From Candidatus Fermentibacteraceae bacterium (lineage in GTDB: Bacteria > Fermentibacterota > Fermentibacteria > Fermentibacterales > JCC-6), in assembly GCA_041686025.1 (NCBI GenBank), contig JAWLEP010000003.1, positions 17,744-81,743 on the forward strand: a stretch of 64,000 nt of DNA, given 5' to 3'. Below the pieces are notes generated by a model. The model was not told the origin of the DNA, made no database searches, and saw only the letters and a list, made by a program, of their open reading frames with translations. Every line of letters begins with the position of its first letter. The first letter of the stretch is position 1. Of this stretch, positions 45,495 through 54,870 are shown piece by piece. Both the position numbers and the translations under genes were made by a program.

Positions 45495-46652
45495 ATGCTG
45501 GAGACACTCTTCTGGCTGTTCGCCGTGCTGGGAGCCACCCCCTACGTACTCTACCCGTTGGGGATGGCCCTGGCCTCGCTGTTCCTTCGCGGCCGGGAGA
45601 CGGTCCGCGACCTCCCCGAGGACTACGCTCCCGACGTGAGCGTTCTGGTAGCCGCCAGGAACGAGGAGGAGGTCCTGGCCCGGCGGCTGGACAACCTCCT
45701 GCAGCAGGACTACCCCGGCTCCCTGCGGGTGCTGGTGGGCTCGGACTGCTCCGACGACGGCACCGAGGAGATAGCCGCCTCCTACGCGGAGCGGGGAGTA
45801 ACCCTCTACCGCAGCCACCGCAGGCTGGGAAAGCCTGGGATACTGCAGAGGCTGGCGGCCATTGCCGAGGGGGAGATACTGGTCTTCACCGACGCCGACA
45901 CCCTATTCGCACGGGATACGGTGGCCCGTCTGGCCGCCCCCTTCGCAGACCCGCAGGTGGGGTGCGTGGACGGCTCCCGCCGCAACAGCCTGGACCGGCA
46001 GAGCTGCGAGAGCACCTACTGGAGGTACGAGCGGGCGGTGAAGAGGGTCTGCTCCCGCTTCGGGTCGGTGCTGGGGGCCACCGGGGCGGTGTTCGCCGTC
46101 CGCCGGGACCTCTTCGAGCCCCTCTCCCCCGGCAGGGCGGACGACTTCGAGCTGGCGGTGATGCCCAGGATAAGGGGCTACCGCTGCGTCTTCAACGACC
46201 TGGCCGTAGCGGCGGAGCCCACGCCCGACGACAGCAGCCAGTTCCGCCGGATGGTGAGGATCGTCAGCTGGATGTCCGTAAGCGGGGCCATGATGGCCTG
46301 GCGGGCCCTGAAGGCCGGAAGGGTGGGGCTGGCGCTGCAGCTGCTTCTGCACAAGATGCTGCGCTGGGCCTCCGGCTTCTTCCTGCTGGCGGTGACGGTG
46401 ATCTCCGGCCTGCTCTGGAGCCATCCCTTCTACCGTATTATCTTTCTGCTCCTGCTGGCCTTCCATGCGCTGGCGGTGCTGGGAGGCGTCCTGAGGGCCA
46501 GGATGCCGTCCAGGCTCAGCTTCCCCTATTACTTCTGGCTGATGAACCTGGCATCCATGACCGGGCTCCTCAGGCTGGCGGTGGGCAACCCCATAGAGAC
46601 ATGGGACCGGCGCCGGCGGGGCGCGGCAGGCGGCGACCAGGCGGACAACTGA
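45495..46652 (+). CDS. Membrane glycosyltransferase family 2
   Basis: N-terminal TM helix, then a GT-A domain (VLVAARNEEEVLARRL…GSDCSDDGT…FTDADT DxD motif), then C-terminal TM helices. Confidence 0.8.
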   Translation: MLETLFWLFAVLGATPYVLYPLGMALASLFLRGRETVRDLPEDYAPDVSVLVAARNEEEVLARRLDNLLQQDYPGSLRVLVGSDCSDDGTEEIAASYAERGVTLYRSHRRLGKPGILQRLAAIAEGEILVFTDADTLFARDTVARLAAPFADPQVGCVDGSRRNSLDRQSCESTYWRYERAVKRVCSRFGSVLGATGAVFAVRRDLFEPLSPGRADDFELAVMPRIRGYRCVFNDLAVAAEPTPDDSSQFRRMVRIVSWMSVSGAMMAWRALKAGRVGLALQLLLHKMLRWASGFFLLAVTVISGLLWSHPFYRIIFLLLLAFHALAVLGGVLRARMPSRLSFPYYFWLMNLASMTGLLRLAVGNPIETWDRRRRGAAGGDQADN

Positions 46653-46716
46653 CCGGAGGAGCGCTCTGAAGCGAACAGCCATCGTTCTGTCCCTGGCCCT
46701 GGACGGCGCGGCCGCC

Positions 46717-48060
46717 ATGGCCGCCCTGGTCCTGGCCAGCTGGCTGAAGTTCCACTCCGGGCTGTTCCCCGAGGGGGTCAGCGTATCCTGGAGGGTCATA
46801 CTGGCCGGCGCCACCGTCTCCATACCCTGGTGGTGGGCCCTCTTCGGTCTCACCGGCTGCTACCGGCCCCACTGGGACCGCAGCTGGACCGACGAGCTGG
46901 CCCTGGTCTTCAAGCCGGTGACCACCGGCTTCCTGGCCCTGGGGGTACTGGCCTTCCTGGTGAACCCCGGCCCATCGGTGGGCCGCTGGATCATCGTCAT
47001 CTACTACGGGCTCATGCTGACCCTGGTCTTCCTGGCCAGGACCGCGTCCAGGCTGGTGCAGAGGGCCCTCTCCGAGAAGGGGCTGCTGGTCCGCAGGGCC
47101 ATGATCGTGGGGGTGGGCTCCAAGGCGCGCTCGCTGCAGGAGTACCTGGACGTCAATCCCGCCCTGGGCTACCGGACCGTGGGCTTCATAGTGCCCCCCC
47201 ACCACGACGTGCCCGCGGTGCCGGAGGAGATGGTGCTGGGAGAGGTGGACGACCTGGACGGGATCCTGGCCGGAGAGAAGGTGGACGAGCTGCTGGTGAC
47301 CATAGCGTCCAACTTCCACCAGGACATACTCTCACTGATGCTCCCGGCGGCCCGGCGGAACATCCGCGTCAAGGTGCTCCCCGACCTCTTCGACGTGGTT
47401 GCCGGCCACGTGCACAACACGCAGATACTGGGCCAGCCCCTCATGGAGCTGCTGCCGGAGCGGCTGAGCTTCCTGGGCAAGACCATGAAGACGCTGTTCG
47501 ACGTGGTCATCAGCGTGCTGGTGGTGGTGCTGGGCCTTCCGGTCTGGCTGGCGCTGGCGGTGGCCATCAGGATCGACTCCCGGGGGCCGGTGTTCTACCG
47601 CCAGGAGCGGGTGGGCAGGGGCGGCCACACCTTCCGGATATTCAAGTTCCGCAGCATGGTCCGGGACGCCGAGAAGATCAGCGGGCCGGTCTGGGCCGAC
47701 AGGGACGACCCCCGGGTCACCCGGGTTGGACGGTTCATGCGCCGCACCCGGCTGGACGAGATCCCCCAGTTCCTGAACGTTCTCAAGGGCGACATGTCCG
47801 TGGTGGGGCCCAGGCCGGAGAGGCCGGAGTTCGTGGCCGAGCTGGTGCAGACCTACCCCTTCTACCCCAAGAGGCTGACGGTGAAGCCGGGAATAACGGG
47901 CTGGGCCCAGGTGAAGCTGGAGTACGACACATCCATCGAGGACGTGGGCGAGAAGCTGAAGTTCGACTTCTTCTACATCGAGAACCAGTCGCTCTTCCTC
48001 GACGTGGAGATACTGATACGCACGGTGCTGGTGGTGCTCACCGGGGCCGGCGCCCATTAG
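46717..48060 (+). CDS. Polyprenyl-phosphate sugar-1-phosphate transferase (bacterial sugar transferase, WbaP/EpsL-like)
   Basis: N-terminal TM helices and a C-terminal bacterial sugar transferase domain (…VGPRPERPEF…GITGWAQV…). Confidence 0.9.
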   Translation: MAALVLASWLKFHSGLFPEGVSVSWRVILAGATVSIPWWWALFGLTGCYRPHWDRSWTDELALVFKPVTTGFLALGVLAFLVNPGPSVGRWIIVIYYGLMLTLVFLARTASRLVQRALSEKGLLVRRAMIVGVGSKARSLQEYLDVNPALGYRTVGFIVPPHHDVPAVPEEMVLGEVDDLDGILAGEKVDELLVTIASNFHQDILSLMLPAARRNIRVKVLPDLFDVVAGHVHNTQILGQPLMELLPERLSFLGKTMKTLFDVVISVLVVVLGLPVWLALAVAIRIDSRGPVFYRQERVGRGGHTFRIFKFRSMVRDAEKISGPVWADRDDPRVTRVGRFMRRTRLDEIPQFLNVLKGDMSVVGPRPERPEFVAELVQTYPFYPKRLTVKPGITGWAQVKLEYDTSIEDVGEKLKFDFFYIENQSLFLDVEILIRTVLVVLTGAGAH

Positions 48061-48071
48061 AAAGGACCCCT

Positions 48072-49226
48072 ATGGCAGTCCCCCTGCTGGACATCGGCAG
48101 ACAGCACGAACCGGTGAAGAAGGAGCTGATGGAGGTGTTCGAGGACGCCCTGCGGACCTCGCGCTTCATCAAGGGCCCGCAGCTGGAGGCCTTCGAAAGC
48201 GAGCTGGCCGAGTACTGCGGCGCAGGGGCCGCGGTAGGCTGCGCCTCCGGCACCGATGCCCTGATACTCTCTCTGCAGGCGGTGGGAGTGAGCCCCGGGG
48301 ACACGGTCCTCACCACCCCCTTCACCTTCTTCGCCACCGCGGGTGCGGTGTCCCGCTGCGGGGCCAGGCCCGCCTTCGTGGACATACTGCCCGACACCTT
48401 CAACATGGACCCCGACCAGCTGGCCGGCTACCTGTCCTCGCGGTGCGCCCTCACCGACCGGGGCCCGGTGGACCGGGTCACCCGCAGCCGCCTGGCGGCG
48501 GTGATCCCGGTCCATCTCTTCGGCCAGCCCGCCGACATGGACGCCATCATGGAGACCTGCCGCGAGTGGGACCTCCCCGTGGTGGAGGACGCGTGCCAGT
48601 CGGTGGGCGGGAGCTGGAACGGCCGCAGGGCGGGCTCCTTCGGCGACGCCTCAGCCTTCAGCTTCTTCCCCTCCAAGAACCTGGGGGCCCTGGGGGACGG
48701 GGGCGCGGTTACCACCCCCGACCCGGAGGTGGCGCGCGCCGTGGCCAGCCTGCGCGAGCACGGGGGAAGCGGCTACGTGCACTCCATGGTGGGGAAGAAC
48801 AGCCGGCTGGACGCGCTGCAGGCGGGCTTCCTGAGGGTCAAGCTGCGCCGTCTCGAAGGCTGGCACCAGGGCCGCAGGGCCAACGCTGCATGGTACGGCG
48901 AGCGTCTCGGCTCCCTGGAGGAGGTGGTCACACCGGTGATCGATGACCGGGCCCGTTCGGTCTACAACCAGTACACCCTCCGGGCCGCCCGCCGCGACGG
49001 CCTGCTGGAGCATCTGCGGGCGGCGGACATCGGCTGCTCGGTCTACTACCCGGTGCCCCTGCACCTGCAGGAGTGCTTCGCGCCCCTGGGCTACGGGGAG
49101 GGCGACTTCCCGGTGACCGAGAAGGCCTGCCGGGAGGTGATCTCCATACCCGTCTTCGGGGAGCTCACCGAAGGGGAGCTGGAGGAGGTTGCGGGCGCCA
49201 TCGAGGCCTTCTACGGAAAGGACTAG
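48072..49226 (+). CDS. DegT/DnrJ/EryC1/StrS family PLP-dependent sugar aminotransferase
   Basis: Start at the ATG at 48072 (MAVPLLDIGRQHEPVKKEL), preceded by AAGGA; the longer track ORF 46830..49226 is an out-of-frame overlap with the sugar transferase. Fold type I aminotransferase hallmarks (GTDALILSL, SFFPSKNLGALGDGG). Confidence 0.85.
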   Translation: MAVPLLDIGRQHEPVKKELMEVFEDALRTSRFIKGPQLEAFESELAEYCGAGAAVGCASGTDALILSLQAVGVSPGDTVLTTPFTFFATAGAVSRCGARPAFVDILPDTFNMDPDQLAGYLSSRCALTDRGPVDRVTRSRLAAVIPVHLFGQPADMDAIMETCREWDLPVVEDACQSVGGSWNGRRAGSFGDASAFSFFPSKNLGALGDGGAVTTPDPEVARAVASLREHGGSGYVHSMVGKNSRLDALQAGFLRVKLRRLEGWHQGRRANAAWYGERLGSLEEVVTPVIDDRARSVYNQYTLRAARRDGLLEHLRAADIGCSVYYPVPLHLQECFAPLGYGEGDFPVTEKACREVISIPVFGELTEGELEEVAGAIEAFYGKD

Positions 49227-49227
49227 C

Positions 49228-49572
49228 ATGGGCGGCCTGGCCGGGGGATTCCGGCACGCCTTCCGGGGGCTTCTGGACGTGCTGGCCCGCCAGCGCAACG
49301 CCCGCTTCCACCTGCTGGCCACGGCCGCGGTGACAGCGGTGTTCGCCCTGCTGGGCGTATCCCTTCTGGAGTGGGCGGTGCTGGCCCTGTGCGTGACGGC
49401 CGTCTGGGCGGCCGAGGCGGTGAACACCGCCCTGGAGCACCTGGCGGACAGGGTCTCTCCCCAGCCGCATCCCCTGGTGGGCAGGTGCAAGGACGCCGCG
49501 GCGGCGGCGGTCCTGCTGGCCTCTCTGGGTGCGGCTGCGGCGGGAACGCTTATATTCCTCTCCCACGTTTGA
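49228..49572 (+). CDS. dgkA: Diacylglycerol kinase / undecaprenol kinase family (DgkA)
   Basis: About 115-aa three-TM protein with N-terminal GFRHAFRGL and EAVNTALE motifs. Start at the ATG at 49228, immediately after the DegT stop. Confidence 0.75.
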   Translation: MGGLAGGFRHAFRGLLDVLARQRNARFHLLATAAVTAVFALLGVSLLEWAVLALCVTAVWAAEAVNTALEHLADRVSPQPHPLVGRCKDAAAAAVLLASLGAAAAGTLIFLSHV

Positions 49573-49629
49573 CCGGGATGGAGCAGCGGGCCGCAGCGGG
49601 CCCTCAATACTCAGGGAGCTGATGCGCAG

Positions 49630-50865
49630 ATGCTGGACAGAAACCTTCTCAGGAAGGACCCCGACAGGGTCCGCGAGGCTGCCTCGGCCAAGGGAGAGCC
49701 CTGCCCCATAGAGGAGTGGGCCGAGGCCGACGGCCGCCGCCGGGATATACTGGCCGAGAGCGAGGAGCTCCGCCGCAGGCGGAACGAGCTGAGCTCCGAA
49801 GTGGCCGGCCGAAAGAGGGCGGGGGAGGACGCCGACGCCCAGATAGCCGAGAGCCGGGAGGTGGGGGGGGAGATCTCCAGGCTGGAGAAGGAGCTCCGGA
49901 AGGTGGACGCCGCCATGGCCGAGCTGGAGCTGGCCTTCCCCAACATCCCCGACGAGGACGTCCCCCGGGGCGAGGACGAGTCCGACAACATCCTGCTGGA
50001 CTCATGGGGGGAGCCTGCGGAGCCGGGCTTCGAGCCGCGGCCGCACTGGGAGCTGCTGGGCGGCATGCTGGACGTGGAGGCCTCCGGGAGGGTGGCGGGG
50101 GCCAACTTCGCCCTGATGCGCGGAAGACTGGCCCGTCTGCAGAGGCGGCTGATCCAGTGGATGTGCGAGAGGCATGCGGGGGCCGGCATGGAAGAGGTCT
50201 GGACCCCCTTCGTGGCCACCGGCGACAGCATGCGGGCCACCGGCCAGATACCCAAGCTGGAGGCGGACATGTACAGGGTGGAGGGGGACGACCTCTACCT
50301 GATACCCACCGGCGAGGTGCCCCTCACCAACATCTACCGGGGCCAGCTTCTGGACGAGGACCAGCTGCCCCTGCAGCTGTTTGGCTACACCCCCTGCTTC
50401 CGCCGGGAGGCGGGGAGCTACGGCAAGGAGACGCGGGGGCTGAACAGGGTCCACCAGTTCGAGAAGGTGGAGCTGGTCTGGATCACCCATCCGGACCGCT
50501 CCGACGAGGCCCACGGCGCCATGACCGAGTACGTGTGCGAGATGCTGCAGGAGCTGGGCATCCCCTACAGGGTGCAGCTGCTGTGCACCGGAGACCTGAG
50601 CTTCGCCGCCGCGCGCTGCCACGACCTGGAGATATGGGCCGCCGGACAGAAGCGGTGGCTGGAGGTCTCCTCGGTGTCCAACTTCCGCGACTTCCAGGCC
50701 CGGCGGGGGGGGATCAGGTTCCGTCCGGAGGGCGGCGGAAAGCCCGTGCACGTGCATACGCTGAACGGATCGGCCCTGGCCCTTCCCAGGCTGATGGCGG
50801 CGCTGGTGGAGAACCACCAGACACCCGAGGGGGAGATCAGGCTGCCGGACTTCCTCGAGCAGTAG
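49630..50865 (+). CDS. serS: Seryl-tRNA synthetase
   Basis: N-terminal coiled-coil arm plus class II core (motif 2 FRREAGSYGKETRGL, motif 3 region). Confidence 0.95.
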   Translation: MLDRNLLRKDPDRVREAASAKGEPCPIEEWAEADGRRRDILAESEELRRRRNELSSEVAGRKRAGEDADAQIAESREVGGEISRLEKELRKVDAAMAELELAFPNIPDEDVPRGEDESDNILLDSWGEPAEPGFEPRPHWELLGGMLDVEASGRVAGANFALMRGRLARLQRRLIQWMCERHAGAGMEEVWTPFVATGDSMRATGQIPKLEADMYRVEGDDLYLIPTGEVPLTNIYRGQLLDEDQLPLQLFGYTPCFRREAGSYGKETRGLNRVHQFEKVELVWITHPDRSDEAHGAMTEYVCEMLQELGIPYRVQLLCTGDLSFAAARCHDLEIWAAGQKRWLEVSSVSNFRDFQARRGGIRFRPEGGGKPVHVHTLNGSALALPRLMAALVENHQTPEGEIRLPDFLEQ

Positions 50866-50868
50866 GGT

Positions 50869-51690
50869 CTACAGGCGGTAGAGGCGCGGGGTCCGGCCGG
50901 AGAAGTAGCAGGCCTCCCGGAAGCCCAGCTCCAGAAGCAGGTCCCTGCCCCTGGCTATTCCGAAGAAGGCGTTCTCCCTGCGGTGGGTGTCCGAACCCAG
51001 TGTCACCAGCTCCCCGCCCAGCTGGCGGTAGCGCTCCAGGACGCTGCGGGTGGGGTAGGTGGTCTCCTCGCTGCGGCGAAGGCCGGCTGTGTTCAGCTCC
51101 AGGGCCACTCCCTGCTCTATCATGGTCCCCAGGACCTCGTCGATGAGGCCGGGCCACTCCTCCACCTCGTCGAAGCCGGTGCCGTAGCCGGCAAGGGCCA
51201 GGCCCCGGCGGAATATGCCCATGTGGGCCAGCACGTCGATGTCGCACTGCCGCAGCACCCGCAGGGTCTCCTCGTAGTAGCCCTCCACCACCTGCATGGG
51301 GTCGATCCCCCGGTAGCCGGTCTCGTCCAGCACCAGGCGGGAACCAATCCAGTGCAGGGCGCCGGTGAGGAAGTCCCACTCCTCGGCGGCGGCCACCGGC
51401 TCCCAGCTGGAGGCGAAGCGGTGGGGCTCACCCACCTCCAGGCCGGTGGCGACCCGGATGCCCTCCGCCCCGGCCAGCTCTGCTATCCGTCGCGAGTCGG
51501 CCACGTAGGCCGCCACGTCCGGCCCTCCGGTGCAGTAGTCGTCGGGGTGAAAGTCCACGTGCACCACCAGGCCCAGTCCCCAGAGGCCCAGCAGCTCCGC
51601 GGCGGTCACCAGCTCCTGGGGGGATACGGCGGCGTCGGGCGAGGCGGGGGTGTGCACGTGCAGGTCGAATATCCGGCCCGTTTCGGTCAA
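50869..51690 (-). CDS. PHP-domain phosphoesterase (histidinol-phosphatase HisJ-like family)
   Basis: N-terminal FDLHVHTPASPD metal-binding motif and further His/Asp ligands (…VHVDFHPDDY…). Confidence 0.7.
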   Translation of the reverse strand: MTETGRIFDLHVHTPASPDAAVSPQELVTAAELLGLWGLGLVVHVDFHPDDYCTGGPDVAAYVADSRRIAELAGAEGIRVATGLEVGEPHRFASSWEPVAAAEEWDFLTGALHWIGSRLVLDETGYRGIDPMQVVEGYYEETLRVLRQCDIDVLAHMGIFRRGLALAGYGTGFDEVEEWPGLIDEVLGTMIEQGVALELNTAGLRRSEETTYPTRSVLERYRQLGGELVTLGSDTHRRENAFFGIARGRDLLLELGFREACYFSGRTPRLYRL

Positions 51691-51790
51691 GGGGTCCCCT
51701 TCTCCGACAGGTCATCTTCCGCAGGCTCGGGGCCGCGGAGGTGGACAATATCAAACACCGGGCGCAACTGCTACCCCGCCGGCGGGCGGA

Positions 51791-52456
51791 TCAGTAGGTG
51801 ACGCCCAGCCCCGCTATCACCATGTCCCGGGAGAGGTCCAGGGGCACTGTGAGCTCGAAGGCCACGGACTCCGGAACATAGGTGGACACATCCTGGCCCA
51901 GCCGCAGCTCGTAGCCCACCCCCAGCCTCAGGGCCTGGCTTGTGGTGTTGTCTATGGCGTCCCAGTCGTCCTCCCCGTCTCCGTCCTCGGGTACGTTGGC
52001 GAGGTCGGGGCCGTACCCCACGTCCCAGGCTCCGTACAGCTGCAGCCTGCGGCCCAGCCTGTGGCCCGCCGCCAGCGATCCCCGCACGGAGATGACCCTG
52101 GCCGGCAGCACGTAGCCCACGCCCGCCAGCGCAGATACCGCCGCCGGCGAGGAGGACTCCATGGGGGAGTACTTCAGGAAGGGGCCCAGGCCGTACCCGT
52201 AGGCCGAGATGCCTATGTCCACGTTCTCTGTGGCCCCGCTGGCCAGGGAGAGGGAGGGATAGGGCTCCAGGTAGTCCACGCCGGACTGCTCCGCCTCCGC
52301 CCTCTCCTCAGCTTCGAGGAAGGCGGGAAGCATGATGCTGCCGGTGGCCGTTATGTGGTTCTCACCCAGGGTGTGAGCTGGCTGCATGGTGCCGTAGTAG
52401 CATCCCACGCAGAGAAGAGAAGCTGCCGCCGCCACAACCGTCTTCGATGACAACAC
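51791..52456 (-). CDS. Hypothetical outer-membrane-type lipoprotein
   Basis: Lipobox LLCVGC. Alternating beta-strand pattern with a C-terminal aromatic (…GLGVTY). Confidence 0.4.
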   Translation of the reverse strand: MLSSKTVVAAAASLLCVGCYYGTMQPAHTLGENHITATGSIMLPAFLEAEERAEAEQSGVDYLEPYPSLSLASGATENVDIGISAYGYGLGPFLKYSPMESSSPAAVSALAGVGYVLPARVISVRGSLAAGHRLGRRLQLYGAWDVGYGPDLANVPEDGDGEDDWDAIDNTTSQALRLGVGYELRLGQDVSTYVPESVAFELTVPLDLSRDMVIAGLGVTY

Positions 52457-52593
52457 CGAACCCCCTCCCGGGCTGCAGGCGCATTCGGCCGGACCGGCCC
52501 CGCCGGCGCAGGGTTGCCCGGACCGTGGCTTTTGCTATTCTAACCAACCGGAAGCCCGAGTCGAAGGCCGGGCATGTGAGCGAAGGGGGGGCC

Positions 52594-54192
52594 ATGACTT
52601 CCGCAGGGGTTCTGCTGGCCGTCATGCTGGCTCTGGGGCCGGTCCGTCTGGCGGTGCTGGGCGACCGCACCGGCGGAGCAGACGACCAGCAGTGGACCCG
52701 CACCATACGGGCCATAGCCCTGATGGAACCCGATCTGGTGGTCTCCGTGGGCGACCTGATCGAGGGTTACTGCGACAGCGCTGCCGCCGCCGGGCAGTGG
52801 CAGGCGGTGATGGAGTCCCTGGAGCCACTGCAGCCCTTCGGCATGGTGGCCGCCCCGGGCAACCACGACGTATGGGACGGAACCTCCGAGGCGCTCTGGA
52901 CCGGGGTCACCGGCTGGCCGGTGGAGGGCGTTGTCCGGCGTCTGGGCGTGGACTTCGTCATCTGGGACACGTCCCGGGAGGGACACCTTACCCGGGAGCT
53001 CCTCTCCCGGCTGGATTCCCTTCTGGCCCTGACGGATGCAGGGGGCTGCACCGTGGTGGTCACTCACAAGCCCCTGTGGTCCATGGCCGAAGCCGATTCC
53101 GCCCTTGCGCGGCGGTTCTACGACATGCTCGGGCAGCGGGGGGCGGATGCCGTTCTCTCCGGCCACGTCCACGCCGCCGCCTGCCAGAGAAGGGACGGGG
53201 TCCTGCTGGCCACCATGGGGCCCTCCGGCGTCCGGATCGGCGAGCCCTCCCGGGAGGCCGGGATCTTCACCCAGTTCGGCTGGCTCACGCTGTCCGAAGA
53301 GCGGCAGGCCTTTGCGTTGATCGAATCGCAGGCCGTCCATCCGGAGAGCCTGAACACCAGCCTGGAGCAGAGGCTCCACTACCTGTACGGCAACCGCATG
53401 CTGGAGGCCCGCCCGCTGTCCCCGGCGGGCGGCGGGGTCACCGTGGTGCTGCATCCCTTCGAGGAGAGGCGGCGCCGGGTGACCGTGGAGGTGCGGGAGG
53501 AGGGATGGCGGGTAACTCCCGGCAGTGCCGAGGTGGAGCTGGAGGGCTCCCCCGACACGCTGACGCTGCAGGCGGGGGTCCGGGACGGTCTGCTTCCCCT
53601 GCCCTCCCTCCGGGTAGGTCTGTGCTACGGTCCCCGGGACAAGGAGCTGGAGCTGACGGAGACCCTTCCCCTGGCCAGACCCGTGCCCGCGGCCCTCTGC
53701 CGGGCCGTGACGGACGGGAACATCGGGGAGGGGGAATACCCGGCCGAGCCCATGGAGGTCTTCGTGGGCCGGGACGGCGGCCCCTCCGACATGCCCCCCA
53801 CCGAGGTCATGGTGGCCGTGGGGACCGACAGCATCCGGGTGGCCTTCGACTGCTCCGAGCATCTCGAAGACGACGAGGCCGGCCTCTTCCTCTGCGGCGG
53901 CGGCCGGTCCCTTCTGCTCTACGCCGGGCCCGAAGGCGAGGCCAGGGGCTACGCCCGGACGGGCGGGGGCCCCAGGTCCTCCTGGGACGGGGGATGGAGC
54001 CTGGCGGTCACCGCCTCCGACGACGGATGGGTCATGGAGGCGGCGGTGGCCCTGGAGGAGGTCGGAGATCCGGATTCGGTTCGAATGAACGTCTTCAGGT
54101 CGGCGGGATGGAGGCTCGGCTGCTGGTGCTGGCCCCTGGCGTGGGACGGGAGTCTGATGGGGCCGCTTGCGTTCGACCCCTCCGGCCGCTGA
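52594..54192 (+). CDS. Calcineurin-like metallophosphoesterase with C-terminal extension
   Basis: Start moved to the internal MTSAGVLLAVMLALG (signal-like). MPP motifs LAVLGDRTGG, VSVGDLIEG, AAPGNHDVW, VVVTHKPLW, SGHVHA. Confidence 0.7.
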   Translation: MTSAGVLLAVMLALGPVRLAVLGDRTGGADDQQWTRTIRAIALMEPDLVVSVGDLIEGYCDSAAAAGQWQAVMESLEPLQPFGMVAAPGNHDVWDGTSEALWTGVTGWPVEGVVRRLGVDFVIWDTSREGHLTRELLSRLDSLLALTDAGGCTVVVTHKPLWSMAEADSALARRFYDMLGQRGADAVLSGHVHAAACQRRDGVLLATMGPSGVRIGEPSREAGIFTQFGWLTLSEERQAFALIESQAVHPESLNTSLEQRLHYLYGNRMLEARPLSPAGGGVTVVLHPFEERRRRVTVEVREEGWRVTPGSAEVELEGSPDTLTLQAGVRDGLLPLPSLRVGLCYGPRDKELELTETLPLARPVPAALCRAVTDGNIGEGEYPAEPMEVFVGRDGGPSDMPPTEVMVAVGTDSIRVAFDCSEHLEDDEAGLFLCGGGRSLLLYAGPEGEARGYARTGGGPRSSWDGGWSLAVTASDDGWVMEAAVALEEVGDPDSVRMNVFRSAGWRLGCWCWPLAWDGSLMGPLAFDPSGR

Positions 54193-54213
54193 CCCAAAGT
54201 GAAAGGAGAGGAG

Positions 54214-54867
54214 ATGGCCCGAAGAGCTGCCTTCGTGCTCAGCGGATGCGGAAACATGGACGGAACGGAGATACACGAGGCGGTGAGCGCGCTGATAGCC
54301 CTGGACCGGGCGGGGTTCGAGGTTGTCTACGCCGCCCCCGACATCCCCCAGAGCGTTACCAGGGACTACGTCTCCGGCGAAGACGCCGACGAGACCAGGA
54401 ACGTCCTGCGGGAGGGGGCCAGGATTGCCAGGGGAGACGCCGTCGCCCTGGCGGACCTCGAAGACGACGACTACGACCTGGTGGTGCTGCCCGGAGGATT
54501 CGGCGCCGCCCTCAACATCTCCACCTTCGGCACCGAGGGCGAGTCGTGCTCGGTCAACCCGGAGGTGGAGGGACTGCTGAAGAGGGCCCACAAGGCGGGC
54601 AAGCCCATAGGCGCCATGTGCATAGCGCCCGTCATACCCGCCAGGCTGTTCCCCGGGGTGAAGGTAACCGTGGGCAACGACCCGGAGGTGGCGCAGAAGA
54701 TAGAGGCCATGGGAGCGCAGCACGTGGAGTGCCCGGTGGACGACGCGGTGACGGACGGGGAAATGCGGGTGGTGACCACACCGGCCTACATGCTGGCCGG
54801 CGGCCCCGCCGAGGTCTACGCCGGAGCCGTGCGCATGGTGGAGGAGCTGGAAGGGCTGCTGGGCTAG
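54214..54867 (+). CDS. elbB: Glutamine amidotransferase-like (DJ-1/PfpI class) protein ElbB
   Basis: AAFVLSGCGNMDGTEIHEAV…VVLPGGFGAA…GAMCIAP aligns closely with E. coli ElbB (GVILSGCGVYDGSEIHEAV). ATG at 54214 preceded by GGAGAGGAG. Confidence 0.85.
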   Translation: MARRAAFVLSGCGNMDGTEIHEAVSALIALDRAGFEVVYAAPDIPQSVTRDYVSGEDADETRNVLREGARIARGDAVALADLEDDDYDLVVLPGGFGAALNISTFGTEGESCSVNPEVEGLLKRAHKAGKPIGAMCIAPVIPARLFPGVKVTVGNDPEVAQKIEAMGAQHVECPVDDAVTDGEMRVVTTPAYMLAGGPAEVYAGAVRMVEELEGLLG

Positions 54868-54870
54868 ACG

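Noticed and set aside
46830-48071. Upstream part of the 798-aa ORF 46830..49226(+)
   Set aside because: Out of frame with, and overlapping, the well-supported sugar transferase gene 46717..48060. Only the segment from ATG 48072 (DegT aminotransferase) is real.
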